Source: Promethearchaeota archaeon
GTDB taxonomy: Archaea > Asgardarchaeota > Thorarchaeia > Thorarchaeales > Thorarchaeaceae
Direction of reading: 5' to 3'
NCBI GenBank assembly: GCA_014728035.1
Contig: WJMJ01000079.1
Location: 32,001 to 96,000 of the forward strand
Length of the DNA stretch: 64,000 nt
Position numbers and translations under genes: made by a program. The notes beneath the pieces were generated by a model, which saw nothing but the letters and a program-made list of their open reading frames with translations, ran no database searches and was not told the origin of the DNA. Numbering within the stretch: the first letter of the stretch is position 1; each line of letters starts with the position of its first letter. This document shows positions 1 to 9,403 of the stretch, piece after piece.

Positions 1-515
1 TTTGCCCATTCTGGGTCAGAAGCAATTCTAATTGGCACTCCATTTATGAAAGCTATACCTGCATCAAGACATGCTTGTGCATAGAATTTTGTTGCTTCCT
101 CTGCAGAACCTGGAAGAAGACAAATTCCCATTTCTGCACCAGAATCTTTCAGAATTTTACCTACATCCTCCTCAGATTCTTTTGAGACCTTAGCTAAGAC
201 CTGAAGCTTCTCATCAACTCCATCTTTGATTGGACCCTTTGAAACCTTCAATCCCATCTTTCCAATTTTTGCAAAACGCATTACATTGTTGGGGTCTGCA
301 AAGATTGCTTCAGATAAATCTACTCCAACTTTGCCTTCAACAACGTCAAAGGCAGCAACGAACTTGATATCTTCAACATGATATCCTGCAAAATCTGGGT
401 GATTAAGTCCTATACTGTCGTCTCCCGCTCGTGTGTTCTTATAGTATTCCACTCCCTGGATGAGAGCGCTAGCGCAATTTCCTATACCAAATAATGCTAC
501 CTTTATTCCGTTCAA
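1..515 (-). CDS. ino1: myo-inositol-1-phosphate synthase (runs off window start)
   Basis: Not in the ORF track. Hand translation from TTG at 515 gives MNGIKVALFGIGNCASALIQGVEYY, the typical archaeal/actinobacterial MIPS N-terminus. GAGGT RBS upstream. Confidence 0.9.
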   Translation of the reverse strand, partial: MNGIKVALFGIGNCASALIQGVEYYKNTRAGDDSIGLNHPDFAGYHVEDIKFVAAFDVVEGKVGVDLSEAIFADPNNVMRFAKIGKMGLKVSKGPIKDGVDEKLQVLAKVSKESEEDVGKILKDSGAEMGICLLPGSAEEATKFYAQACLDAGIAFINGVPIRIASDPEWA

Positions 516-748
516 TTGTATAACCTCTTTTATGATAGAGGAATCTAACAAATTGACGATGGCACATCTTTTAAAGTTTTATGACCATAGAATAGTCGAG
601 TTATCAAGTAATCTCCAATTACACCGTCAACTGTAGAATTCTTGTATGAGCTAATATCATTGAATATGTTGTACTGGTTAATTGATATTTTTAGCTAATT
701 GATTGTGGATAGCTAACACTTATAGAGATATGATTCCATACTATACAT

Positions 749-963
749 GGACGCACGGATGATCCCGTTGCTCTTCATATCGTTCAATGAATGATATGAC
801 CGATTTGCAGAAGTCTATGTGAATGTCCTGGATGGAGATTTACCTCTCACCTGATGGTTCAGAGAAGGATGGCAGCAAGTTGGTAACGAGCCTTTACGTT
901 CATAATGAGGGTGGACCTCAAGTCCATAAATGGACTACCAAGTTTGTGGGATTGCCTGCGTCC
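749..963 (+). ncRNA. candidate structured non-coding RNA (~215 nt), family unknown
   Basis: Terminal helix GGACGCA(749-755)/TGCGTCC(957-963), GATCCC/GGGATT, an 11-bp hairpin at 775-799, and a multibranch closed by TTGGTA/TACCAA. TATA-like TTATAG at ~720-725 and a T-tract directly downstream. No ORF. Confidence 0.6.
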
Positions 964-1032
964 TCTTTTTGTTGAAATGCAATTTCTAAAAAATGATATA
1001 TGATGCACCGAAAATACAGTGCATCGTTTCTT

Positions 1033-2193
1033 CTATTCTAGACTCTTGGCTAAAAGGTCAACCACATCGACAACACCAATGCTGCTTTCGGCCATCTTCT
1101 TCCCAGAAAGTAGGTTATTTTCACAAAAAGGACAAGCTGTCGCAATGATGGATGCACCAGTGTCTTCTGCTGAACGTATTCTATCCGCACCTATTTTTTT
1201 CGAGAGTTCTGAATCGTATGAACGTAGGCCTCCACCTGCTCCACAGCAAATAGCAGTTTCACGAATTGTGTCCATCTCAACAAGCTCAACGCCAGGTATA
1301 GCTTTGAGAACTTCTCTTGGACTATCATAAACACCAAGTTCTCTACCCATGTGACACGGGTCGTGATATGTAACTGTCACATTCTCAATCTCTTTTGGTT
1401 GCAATTTCCCTGTTTTGATTAATTCTTCTGCGTATTCCAAAATATGCAAGGTTTCAGGGAGTTCAATATCAAATCGTTCCGGGTAATCTTTGCGAAGCGT
1501 TTTCAAACACCCTGCACAGGAAACAATGATTTTTTCAGCTCCTGATTCTTTAATTGATTGTTCTACTTTCTCTGCGTTTCTCTTTGCTTCATCAACTTTT
1601 CCAGTTCTGATCATAACCGAGCCACAACAAGGTTCATCCTCTAGTATTGCAAAATCTACGTTACTAGCTTTAAGGATGGTAGCTGTATGTCTAGCTGCTG
1701 CTGGCAAGCGCATTCCTGCTGTACAACCGACGTAATAGAGAATCTTTCCAGTTTTAGGAACACTAAATCCTAATTCTTCAATCCATCTTCTTTTTTCTGA
1801 ATTATCCTCAGAATATGGATTATCATTAATGAGGATTTTTTCAGTTAGGCTATCACGGATTTCGTTTGGGATGTCACTTAGCACCTGTCTGACCTGTTCT
1901 AGACTCTCAGCAGGATTGAATTCAGCAGCACAAATCTGAGTGCAGTTCCCACAAAGTGTGCATTGAAACAATGATTCCGCATTTTCAGGAGTCTTATCAA
2001 GCTCACCATTCAATAGAGCAAGGGCCACCTGAATTTTGCCACGCATAAAACTGGTTTCAAATCCGCTGGAATTCTTCCAAACCGGACAAATACCATCAAA
2101 TCCTTTAGCCTCATACACTGCATTTCTGCAAATACCACATCTTCTGCATTGCAAAAGTTCTTCCTTAAGATATTCTAGGTCTATCTCAGTCAT
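1033..2193 (-). CDS. Fe-S oxidoreductase, GlcF/HdrD-like (4Fe-4S dicluster + two CCG domains)
   Basis: CRRCGIC, CTLCGNCTQIC, YYVGC, CCG twice, YHDPCH, TACPFC motifs. Confidence 0.9.
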   Translation of the reverse strand: MTEIDLEYLKEELLQCRRCGICRNAVYEAKGFDGICPVWKNSSGFETSFMRGKIQVALALLNGELDKTPENAESLFQCTLCGNCTQICAAEFNPAESLEQVRQVLSDIPNEIRDSLTEKILINDNPYSEDNSEKRRWIEELGFSVPKTGKILYYVGCTAGMRLPAAARHTATILKASNVDFAILEDEPCCGSVMIRTGKVDEAKRNAEKVEQSIKESGAEKIIVSCAGCLKTLRKDYPERFDIELPETLHILEYAEELIKTGKLQPKEIENVTVTYHDPCHMGRELGVYDSPREVLKAIPGVELVEMDTIRETAICCGAGGGLRSYDSELSKKIGADRIRSAEDTGASIIATACPFCENNLLSGKKMAESSIGVVDVVDLLAKSLE

Positions 2194-2194
2194 C

Positions 2195-3601
2195 TCAAAG
2201 ACCTCCTAATACTCCAGGATTCATTATTCCATTTGGATCAAGTGTTCTCTTCAAAGACTCAATAAACTTCAAGTAATCCTTCATCTCTTCAACACCCTCA
2301 ATCCAATATGGTGCCAATTTGAATGGTACTGCACCAGTTTTGAATAACCTCTTTGACAATTCCACATGAGCTTTCTTCACTTTCTCCTCTTCTTCTTTAT
2401 CTGTTGGATCAAAATAGAGATGCGGATAGAAATTGTAACTGGCATGGCCTGTTTGGAAACCAGCAGTATGACCTAAGAGTCCGTATTCATCCATTACTTC
2501 CCAAATTGCTTTAATTGAGGCATGCCAATTTGATGGAGTTTGATGATGGTATAGTATTCTCCAGTGCCATCCGTGAGCATATGATGATCTGGCAAATGTA
2601 CGCATTCTATCATCCCATTCACCTCTAGGTAGTTGAGATATTCCAATAACATGCCCTTCCAGCTCTTTACAGATTTTTGAGGCTATGACAACATCTGATT
2701 CCAATTGGTCTTTTCTAATTCTTCCAATGGTCATTGATACTGTATAAGCAGGCCATTCATGCTCAGGAATTTCATATTCCTCTCCCAACATATCCATGAA
2801 AAAGTTCAGAATTCTGCCTTCATATATTGACGCAAATACTGTATTAACATCGTTCTCTTTCAATTCGATGAGAAACTTTTCAGCTTGTTCAGATGAATCA
2901 AAACCATATGTTTCATAGTGAAAATGTTTCATACGTCTCTTGATTTTCATTGATACATTTGTTATTATACCTAGGCTACCCAAAGAACCGATGAAGAGTC
3001 CAGTCACATCTGGCCCAAAAGCATATCTAAGAAAGGGACCTGGTGCATCTGGGTTTGCTTCTGAGCCTGTCTGAATTATTGTTCCGTCTGGCAATACAAC
3101 TTCTAATCCAAGAACAAGTTCAGCAATACATCCTTCTGATGAAGAGCCCGGACCAGCTCCATTTACTGCAACATTTCCAACTATAGTACATACTAATGAC
3201 GATTCAGGATAAACTGGCAACCACAAGTTGTGTTTGTTTAGATATTTATCAAGCATTCCAAAGGTCACTCCAGCTCCGACCTTAATGGACCTAAGATCTT
3301 CAAATAGCTCGATATCATCCAATCTCATTAGCTCTACAACAATGCTGCCTTTCTTTGGTATAACTTCACCTTGAAGGCTTGAACCTCCTGACCTTGCAAC
3401 CACTGGTATTTTGTGTCTATTTGCAAGTTTTAGTATAGCTGCTACTTGTTCAGTATTCGCTGGTCTCACAACTGCATCTGGTAATACCGAGTCATATCCT
3501 GTTGATGCAGAAGCTGAATATGTAAGCAGAACATCGGGACGTGTTGAAACATAATCTGTTCCTACTATCTCGATTAACTCCGAAATAACTTTTCCATCCA
3601 C
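2195..3601 (-). CDS. FAD-binding oxidoreductase (GlcD/VAO-PCMH/AGPS superfamily)
   Basis: PDAVVRP, RSGGSSL, GLEVVLPDG, GSLGSLGIIT, C-terminal DPNGIMNPG. Confidence 0.9.
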   Translation of the reverse strand: MDGKVISELIEIVGTDYVSTRPDVLLTYSASASTGYDSVLPDAVVRPANTEQVAAILKLANRHKIPVVARSGGSSLQGEVIPKKGSIVVELMRLDDIELFEDLRSIKVGAGVTFGMLDKYLNKHNLWLPVYPESSLVCTIVGNVAVNGAGPGSSSEGCIAELVLGLEVVLPDGTIIQTGSEANPDAPGPFLRYAFGPDVTGLFIGSLGSLGIITNVSMKIKRRMKHFHYETYGFDSSEQAEKFLIELKENDVNTVFASIYEGRILNFFMDMLGEEYEIPEHEWPAYTVSMTIGRIRKDQLESDVVIASKICKELEGHVIGISQLPRGEWDDRMRTFARSSYAHGWHWRILYHHQTPSNWHASIKAIWEVMDEYGLLGHTAGFQTGHASYNFYPHLYFDPTDKEEEEKVKKAHVELSKRLFKTGAVPFKLAPYWIEGVEEMKDYLKFIESLKRTLDPNGIMNPGVLGGL

Positions 3602-3619
3602 ATGGAAACCTCCTTTTAC

Positions 3620-3946
3620 CTAGAAAATGTGACGAATCTTCATTAAATCGCTGGCGGATCCCTTGACCTTAAGCTTTCGTCGAAGTAATGCTGAAGCTGC
3701 ACTCATCTCTTCAAGGAATAGCTTTCTAATTGTTTTTTCATCACTTTTAATTCGCATATCTGGGTTGTCTATTGGACCTTCATCCACCATTATAGTATTA
3801 TCTTTGACAGTGAAGTGGAATTTCTCCCCACTTTTGAGAGTGAGTAATGCTACTCGTTCCCAACCATCGATAGCTTTGATTGTTTCCTCTCGTTCCAGTC
3901 CGATAGTTATTCTTTCTCTCATTAATTCAAGAAGTTCTTGGCTCAT
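3620..3946 (-). CDS. SCP2 sterol/lipid-binding domain protein
   Basis: 108 aa; PD-x-x-I ... ALLRRKLKVKGS pattern of SCP2; first gene of the operon with the two oxidoreductases. Confidence 0.8.
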   Translation of the reverse strand: MSQELLELMRERITIGLEREETIKAIDGWERVALLTLKSGEKFHFTVKDNTIMVDEGPIDNPDMRIKSDEKTIRKLFLEEMSAASALLRRKLKVKGSASDLMKIRHIF

Positions 3947-4114
3947 TATGGTATCACCTTGTGAATGCCAAACCTTGCATTGGAGGTTTTAGTTGTTTTG
4001 CTATGAACTGATAAAGATTCGACATTTGCCGAATTATTTCATCTATGGTATATCTTTTTTATTAGAGCCATAATAACAGTGATAAGAGCTTGATAGATTT
4101 CCAGAGTGAGCTAA

Positions 4115-4654
4115 ATGGCATCACATGATACTACCGAAGAGCGTCCAGATGAGTTAGAAGTTGAATTGAGTGAATGGTCAAAGGCCGATAGTCTAAAAGA
4201 GTCCATTCATATGTTTATTTCTCATCACCCTCCTTCACTCTATAGTCATTGTCTCCGAGTACAGGTATTAGGTCGGTCAATCTATTTTTGTGGTCGGTGT
4301 ACGGGAATTTATGGTGGGCTTGGATTGGGAATTCTTGGACTAGTCATGCTGAATATTCAATTAACTCCAGACTGGCTTTGGTTTCTTGTAGCTCTTGTGT
4401 TTGGTCATGCAACAGTTGTAGACTGGATGAGTCAAAGATTAACCCCAAGAAAAACAACTAATTTGATCCGTGCTTCAACTGGTTTTTTGAGTGGGTTGGG
4501 GTTAGCTATCGTTTTCCTTCTTGCTAATCTTTTCTTCATGCTGGCAGCCTTAGCTGTAATGAGTGCATCAATTGGTATTGTTAGTATTCTTGAAAACAGG
4601 ATGAAGTCGAACTCTGAGAAAACGCAGTTCCAAGAACCTGAAATCCTAGAATAG
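4115..4654 (+). CDS. DUF2085-like membrane protein
   Basis: H...HC...FCGRCTGIYGG, DW..Q and N..R..TGFL motifs; several TM helices. Confidence 0.8.
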   Translation: MASHDTTEERPDELEVELSEWSKADSLKESIHMFISHHPPSLYSHCLRVQVLGRSIYFCGRCTGIYGGLGLGILGLVMLNIQLTPDWLWFLVALVFGHATVVDWMSQRLTPRKTTNLIRASTGFLSGLGLAIVFLLANLFFMLAALAVMSASIGIVSILENRMKSNSEKTQFQEPEILE

Positions 4655-4718
4655 GTACAATTTTGAAGTATAGTAAAAGATTTTATCATAAAACCTGTCG
4701 AAACTCTTGTGAGTCGCA

Positions 4719-5855
4719 TTGATTTATGTTGCAAAACCAATCGTAGAATCTGAAGAGATTCAAGCAGTTAAGGAAGTTCTGAAATCTGGGATGTTAGCTG
4801 AAGGCAAAGTATCGAGAGAGTTTGAGAAAAAATACTCGGAATATATCGGTGTTAAATATTCCACCGTGACGAGTAATGGAACAACTGCATTGCATACTGC
4901 ACTTGAAGCCATGAATATACAACCTGGCGATGAAGTGATTACTTCTCCATTTACTTTCATTGCCTCAGCAAATACAATTGCAATGATTGGTGCTATTCCT
5001 ATATTCGTGGATATTGATCCTTTCACTTATAATATCGACCCGGAGTTGATTGAAGCAGCAATTACACCAAAAACGAAAGCAATCATGCCAGTTCATATTT
5101 TTGGAATGCCAGCTGATATGAAACAAATCATGGAGATTGCTGAAAAACACGATTTACTTGTTTTGGAGGATGCATGTCAAGCACATGGGGCTGAAATTGG
5201 GGGGCGTAAAGTTGGTTCATTTGGTGATGCTGCAGCTTTCTCATTTTATGCAACAAAAAATATGATGACTGGCGAAGGTGGAATGATTACCACAAATAAC
5301 GAGGAGCTTTATGATAATGCTACTATGGTGAAAAATCATGGTAGAGGAAAGAAGGGAGGATATAGTCATTTCCAGATAGGTTATAATTTCAGGATGCTCG
5401 ATATAGTTTCTGCCCTTGGTATTGTTCAGCTAGAACGGCTTCCGGATGTAATCCGTGCTCAACGAAAGAATGCTGAAGAATTCTCCAAAGTAGTGAATGA
5501 AATTGATGTCCTTACCCCTCAAAAAGAACTTGATGGAATGAAATCTGCCTATCATGTTTACGCACCTGTTCTAGACTCTGATTATTTAACTCGTGATGAT
5601 GTCATCGACAAATTCAGAAACCATGATATTGGTGCTCGGAGTGTTTATACACTTCCTTGTCACAAGCAGGATACATATCTCAATATCTCTTCTTGGCGAT
5701 GGGCAAAATTTGTTGATTACCCTGACTATTCAAAATTACAGTTACCGAATTCTGAAAGAATTGGAAATCAACATTTCCAAATTCCTTCTCATGCAAGTAT
5801 CAATGAGGATGAGCGTAAACAAATTCTAACAGCTATTCAAGACATCTTCTGTTGA
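4719..5855 (+). CDS. DegT/DnrJ/EryC1/StrS family PLP aminotransferase
   Basis: NGTTALH, EDACQAHG, SFYATKNMMTGEGG, GYNFR. Confidence 0.95.
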   Translation: MIYVAKPIVESEEIQAVKEVLKSGMLAEGKVSREFEKKYSEYIGVKYSTVTSNGTTALHTALEAMNIQPGDEVITSPFTFIASANTIAMIGAIPIFVDIDPFTYNIDPELIEAAITPKTKAIMPVHIFGMPADMKQIMEIAEKHDLLVLEDACQAHGAEIGGRKVGSFGDAAAFSFYATKNMMTGEGGMITTNNEELYDNATMVKNHGRGKKGGYSHFQIGYNFRMLDIVSALGIVQLERLPDVIRAQRKNAEEFSKVVNEIDVLTPQKELDGMKSAYHVYAPVLDSDYLTRDDVIDKFRNHDIGARSVYTLPCHKQDTYLNISSWRWAKFVDYPDYSKLQLPNSERIGNQHFQIPSHASINEDERKQILTAIQDIFC

Positions 5856-6500
5856 TTATGAGAAATATTGTAGAACATCTCGAAGATTCTTTGAGCGAAC
5901 TGTTACACTTGCAGCTTCGCTCACTCTATCATTCTCAGGATTGAATGCAATACTGAATTTCGCAAATCTGAAGAGTTCAATGTCATTCTCTCCATCGCCT
6001 ATGCAAGCAAGATTTTCCTGTGATAATCCTCTTTCTTCAAGTACTTCCTTTGCCTTCTGAGCCTTCTGTGGACCCCCCATCACATAGTGTACCTTGCCAT
6101 CATGCTTTCCATCTAATTCACCAAGCACATTGGAGTAAGCAAAATCAAGTCCTAATCTGCGTTGAAAAGGTTCCAAAAAGAACTGACTTACTCCACTAGA
6201 TATGCACCCTACGATATAGCCTCTTTCTTTTAATTCATGAATTGTTTCTACTGAACCTTCCATAAGAGGTATTGATTCAACAATCGGGTTTAATGTGCCA
6301 TCAACCGGAATTCCCTCCCATATCTTAGAGCCTTTGATTATCGATTGTTCTAGAGTTAATCTTTTTGTTTGATTTTCTTTCATTATAGCAATGAATTTCT
6401 CTCCCAATCCTAAGGCATGTGCAACTGGAAATACTGCACTTGGACCATCATATAATACCCCATCAAGATCAAAAGCAATTACTTTGATATTTATCGCCAT
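5856..6500 (-). CDS. HAD-IB hydrolase, phosphoserine phosphatase-like
   Basis: FDLDGVL, ISSG, GDGEND, AFNP. Confidence 0.85.
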   Translation of the reverse strand: MAINIKVIAFDLDGVLYDGPSAVFPVAHALGLGEKFIAIMKENQTKRLTLEQSIIKGSKIWEGIPVDGTLNPIVESIPLMEGSVETIHELKERGYIVGCISSGVSQFFLEPFQRRLGLDFAYSNVLGELDGKHDGKVHYVMGGPQKAQKAKEVLEERGLSQENLACIGDGENDIELFRFAKFSIAFNPENDRVSEAASVTVRSKNLRDVLQYFS

Positions 6501-6589
6501 ATCTCAACATTCCTCTCATGTTACCGACATCGAAGGTTAGCAGGGGAAACAATATTATCCCTTTTGGAATATACAATATTGATTTCGCC

Positions 6590-7747
6590 ATGAATATTAT
6601 CAGAAAACAAAAGAAAGGATTTGGTTCAATAAATCAAGTCAAAAAAAGATTCCAACAGGACAGAAAGGAACGTGACTTATCTTTTGATGTTGGTCGTATG
6701 CCTCGTGATATTCTGGAGAAAATGTTAGTTATTTGTGGCCGAGTTGGGAAAGATAATAGCGACATTTATAGGAAAAAGGCCAAAGCATTAGGTGCAGACT
6801 TTTTAGTTGAAGATTCTGGGTCATGGGTTTTTACTCATAGAACTATCCGTGATAATTATCAACCTGACTTTCATGAAGGTGTCTTACTTATTGGAACCGC
6901 AAAAGAACTACCGTCTACAAGAATTGGTTATCAAGACTCGTATGCATTTACAGACTGGTTTCTTCAAGATATAGAAGGTGATGGTCTACCTGATATCCCG
7001 ATAGGTCGTGTATATGGTCCATCTGAAACCGTCCTTTTCCATATGGATCCGACAATAATTGATAGTGATATTGCAGTTGTTTTTGACTCAGAACCAGGTA
7101 GGTCTATGCGTCACGTGGAAGGTCTAGCTGCGCTTGGATTTGATGTTGAGGTGCTTGAAAGATTTCATGATGACGATAATGAACTCATGGGTGCTAGTGA
7201 ATTCATACTACAATTTTCGGATGGAATGTATACAAAACGAATTCATGGCACACCAGACCGATGGGCATCTCATAATTCAGTAATATTGTCGCATACTCAA
7301 GCAGAGAGTATTGTCTTCAAAGGATATCCTGTGATATTCTCAGAGGCTTGTAGTACTGCCCAGGAGGGACCTTTACTTAGTGCCTTTCTTAATGGTGGTG
7401 CATGTTACATTGGATCCACTCTCGACACCATGAATAACATCGACGAGTATGATGACTGGAAAGATTGTCCTTATGCGGATGGGTGGAAATTTGGATTCTT
7501 GGACTTGTTAGACTCTTATGATCTAATTGGTCAAGTCAAAACACAGGTTGATAGAGAACTATTTTCTAGACTATCTCAGCCTGCAAAGTTACAAATTGAA
7601 GCAATTCGAAGAAGTGATTCCCATGAAATCACCGATGACACTGCTTTATCTGTTGTTGAGTGGGTGTTATATGGAAATCCTCTACGTCGTACAACTGTTG
7701 GTCCGGATGCAGATTATACACCGGGTAGGCTATTAGTTGACACTTAA
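6590..7747 (+). CDS. Peptidase C25 (gingipain)-like, caspase-fold cysteine protease
   Basis: DGLPDIPIGRV, HG...W, PVIFSEAC, GACYIGS, LYGNP. Start moved to ATG 6590 (ORF track 6518). Confidence 0.65.
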   Translation: MNIIRKQKKGFGSINQVKKRFQQDRKERDLSFDVGRMPRDILEKMLVICGRVGKDNSDIYRKKAKALGADFLVEDSGSWVFTHRTIRDNYQPDFHEGVLLIGTAKELPSTRIGYQDSYAFTDWFLQDIEGDGLPDIPIGRVYGPSETVLFHMDPTIIDSDIAVVFDSEPGRSMRHVEGLAALGFDVEVLERFHDDDNELMGASEFILQFSDGMYTKRIHGTPDRWASHNSVILSHTQAESIVFKGYPVIFSEACSTAQEGPLLSAFLNGGACYIGSTLDTMNNIDEYDDWKDCPYADGWKFGFLDLLDSYDLIGQVKTQVDRELFSRLSQPAKLQIEAIRRSDSHEITDDTALSVVEWVLYGNPLRRTTVGPDADYTPGRLLVDT

Positions 7748-8112
7748 TTGATAACAACTTGTCTACTCTGGTGAAATGACCTCTCACCAATCACACCTCC
7801 TATGAAACCTCCTATCATTGAGAGACCACTCATCATAAGAGCTGCAAATAATAACGTGACAATATCTAGATATTGACCTGTCATAACTTCAGTTATCGCG
7901 AAAATTAAGGTGTATGTTACTAATGAGCTGATGAATGATACTTGTATGCCTTTGTTTCTTGAAGCCAGGAAGTATCCACCTACTAGACCAGCTATTATTG
8001 GTGTGAAGTAGAACAATATGAAAAATAATCCGATATTAAGAAGGATTTGTGAGAAAATCATCGAAACAATCTTTGACCTTGGAATATTTTTTCTAGTATA
8101 ATCGGTTGACAT
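7744..8112 (-). CDS. small membrane protein (DUF5518-like, Gly-rich helices)
   Basis: PIIAGLVGGY and GGFIGGVIG; 4 hydrophobic segments. Confidence 0.6.
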   Translation of the reverse strand: MSTDYTRKNIPRSKIVSMIFSQILLNIGLFFILFYFTPIIAGLVGGYFLASRNKGIQVSFISSLVTYTLIFAITEVMTGQYLDIVTLLFAALMMSGLSMIGGFIGGVIGERSFHQSRQVVIN

Positions 8113-8291
8113 CTTTTTCAGAGCTACCTACCTATTTATGGATATAATAGTATAGTCTTTTGTTTAAAATCCCCCCCAAATATCAGGATAATTCATATAG
8201 CTTTGTTACTCATTAGATGATATATCTGCACGTTCATTATTTTGTAGCGTGGAAAGAGAGGCGAAAAAAATTGTCAGAAGAGAAAGAATCA

Positions 8292-8390
8292 ATGTCCGAG
8301 AAATTAAAGAAAGTATTTGGTGTTAAAATCTCTAAACCCAAAAATCCTTTCAAAGGAAATCCCTATAAAAAAGAGGAAAAAGAGGAGTAA
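8292..8390 (+). CDS. putative 32-aa lysine-rich small protein
   Basis: MSEKLKKVFGVKISKPKNPFKGNPYKKEEKEE*; purine-rich upstream; fills an intergenic gap. Confidence 0.4.
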   Translation: MSEKLKKVFGVKISKPKNPFKGNPYKKEEKEE

Positions 8391-8440
8391 TCACCTCCCA
8401 ATTATTTGCCTGTTATCACGCAGGCATCATCTTTTTTTGG

Positions 8441-9358
8441 TTGGTGTTTGTCATAAAATTTTCAATATCAGTCCCTAGAAGGTATAACCTACTATCCTCC
8501 ATCCATGCTTGGATCTATCCAGATATTCAACCAGTTCCAGAAAGAACTGGTGAACAGTGGTTTGGTAGATTGTTTACATTTGATGAATCAGAAGTTCCTT
8601 TGTACATATCCCAACAATCCCCTGGTGAGGATTTAGAAATCCATTGTATTGAATCTGAGGTACCTAAGCAAAAAATCATAGAAAAAATAGAGTCTATCTT
8701 GTCGCTAAATTATGACATCCGACCATCCCTAGATATCATATCTGAGGAATTTGAATTTGATAAGCTTGAAGAGGAAATTTCCGGAATTAGGCCGTACCTC
8801 TCAGATACACTATATGAAGCATTAGTGAAATCAATAATTCAACAGCAGGTTTCATATAGAGCAGCAAATGTTTTGACAAAACGATTAGTTGAGTTCGTCG
8901 CAAGTCCGATAACCTTTCATAGTCAAGATTTGTTTGGATTTCCAAAATATACTCAACTTCTAAAGCTTGGAGAGAATGGTCTTAGAGAGCTAGGTATTGG
9001 ATTCAAATCTCCATATATATTGCAGATCTCTGAAAAAATAAGATCCGGTGAGTTAAATTTAGAAACTTTGAAAGACAGTTCATACCATGAAATCAGTAAA
9101 ATCTTGAGACCTATCAAAGGAATTGGTGATTGGACAATTCAAGCGTTATTAATTGCTGGAGTGGGAGATTTTTCACAATTTCCGTATGGAGACCTTGGGA
9201 TACAAAATCTGTTAGGCCGAATCTATAACAACGGCATACGCATAAAAAAGCAAAAAGTAATAGAAATATCATCAAAATGGGGTGAATCCGGCCCTATGGT
9301 CTTGTATTTGCTTATGTGTGCAGATGTATTGGGACTTCTTGGAGATTTGTCTCGTTAG
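8441..9358 (+). CDS. AlkA/Ogg-like HhH-GPD DNA glycosylase
   Basis: YEALVKSIIQQQVS, HhH IKGIGDWT, FPYGDLGI. Confidence 0.88.
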   Translation: MVFVIKFSISVPRRYNLLSSIHAWIYPDIQPVPERTGEQWFGRLFTFDESEVPLYISQQSPGEDLEIHCIESEVPKQKIIEKIESILSLNYDIRPSLDIISEEFEFDKLEEEISGIRPYLSDTLYEALVKSIIQQQVSYRAANVLTKRLVEFVASPITFHSQDLFGFPKYTQLLKLGENGLRELGIGFKSPYILQISEKIRSGELNLETLKDSSYHEISKILRPIKGIGDWTIQALLIAGVGDFSQFPYGDLGIQNLLGRIYNNGIRIKKQKVIEISSKWGESGPMVLYLLMCADVLGLLGDLSR

Positions 9359-9403
9359 AAAAGGAATAAAAGACTAGACCATGAAGAATTATCAAACTAG
9401 AGT

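Noticed and set aside
880-941. Cloverleaf-like fold as a tRNA gene
   Set aside because: Too short, no TTCRA T-loop, 5-nt anticodon-position loop, no D-loop GG; kept only as part of the larger ncRNA candidate
749-963. SRP RNA, RNase P RNA or TPP riboswitch identity
   Set aside because: No SRP helix-8 CAGG-GNRA-AGCA stem and no RNase P P4 consensus. Only a partial ACCTGAT resemblance to TPP, with no downstream co-oriented gene.
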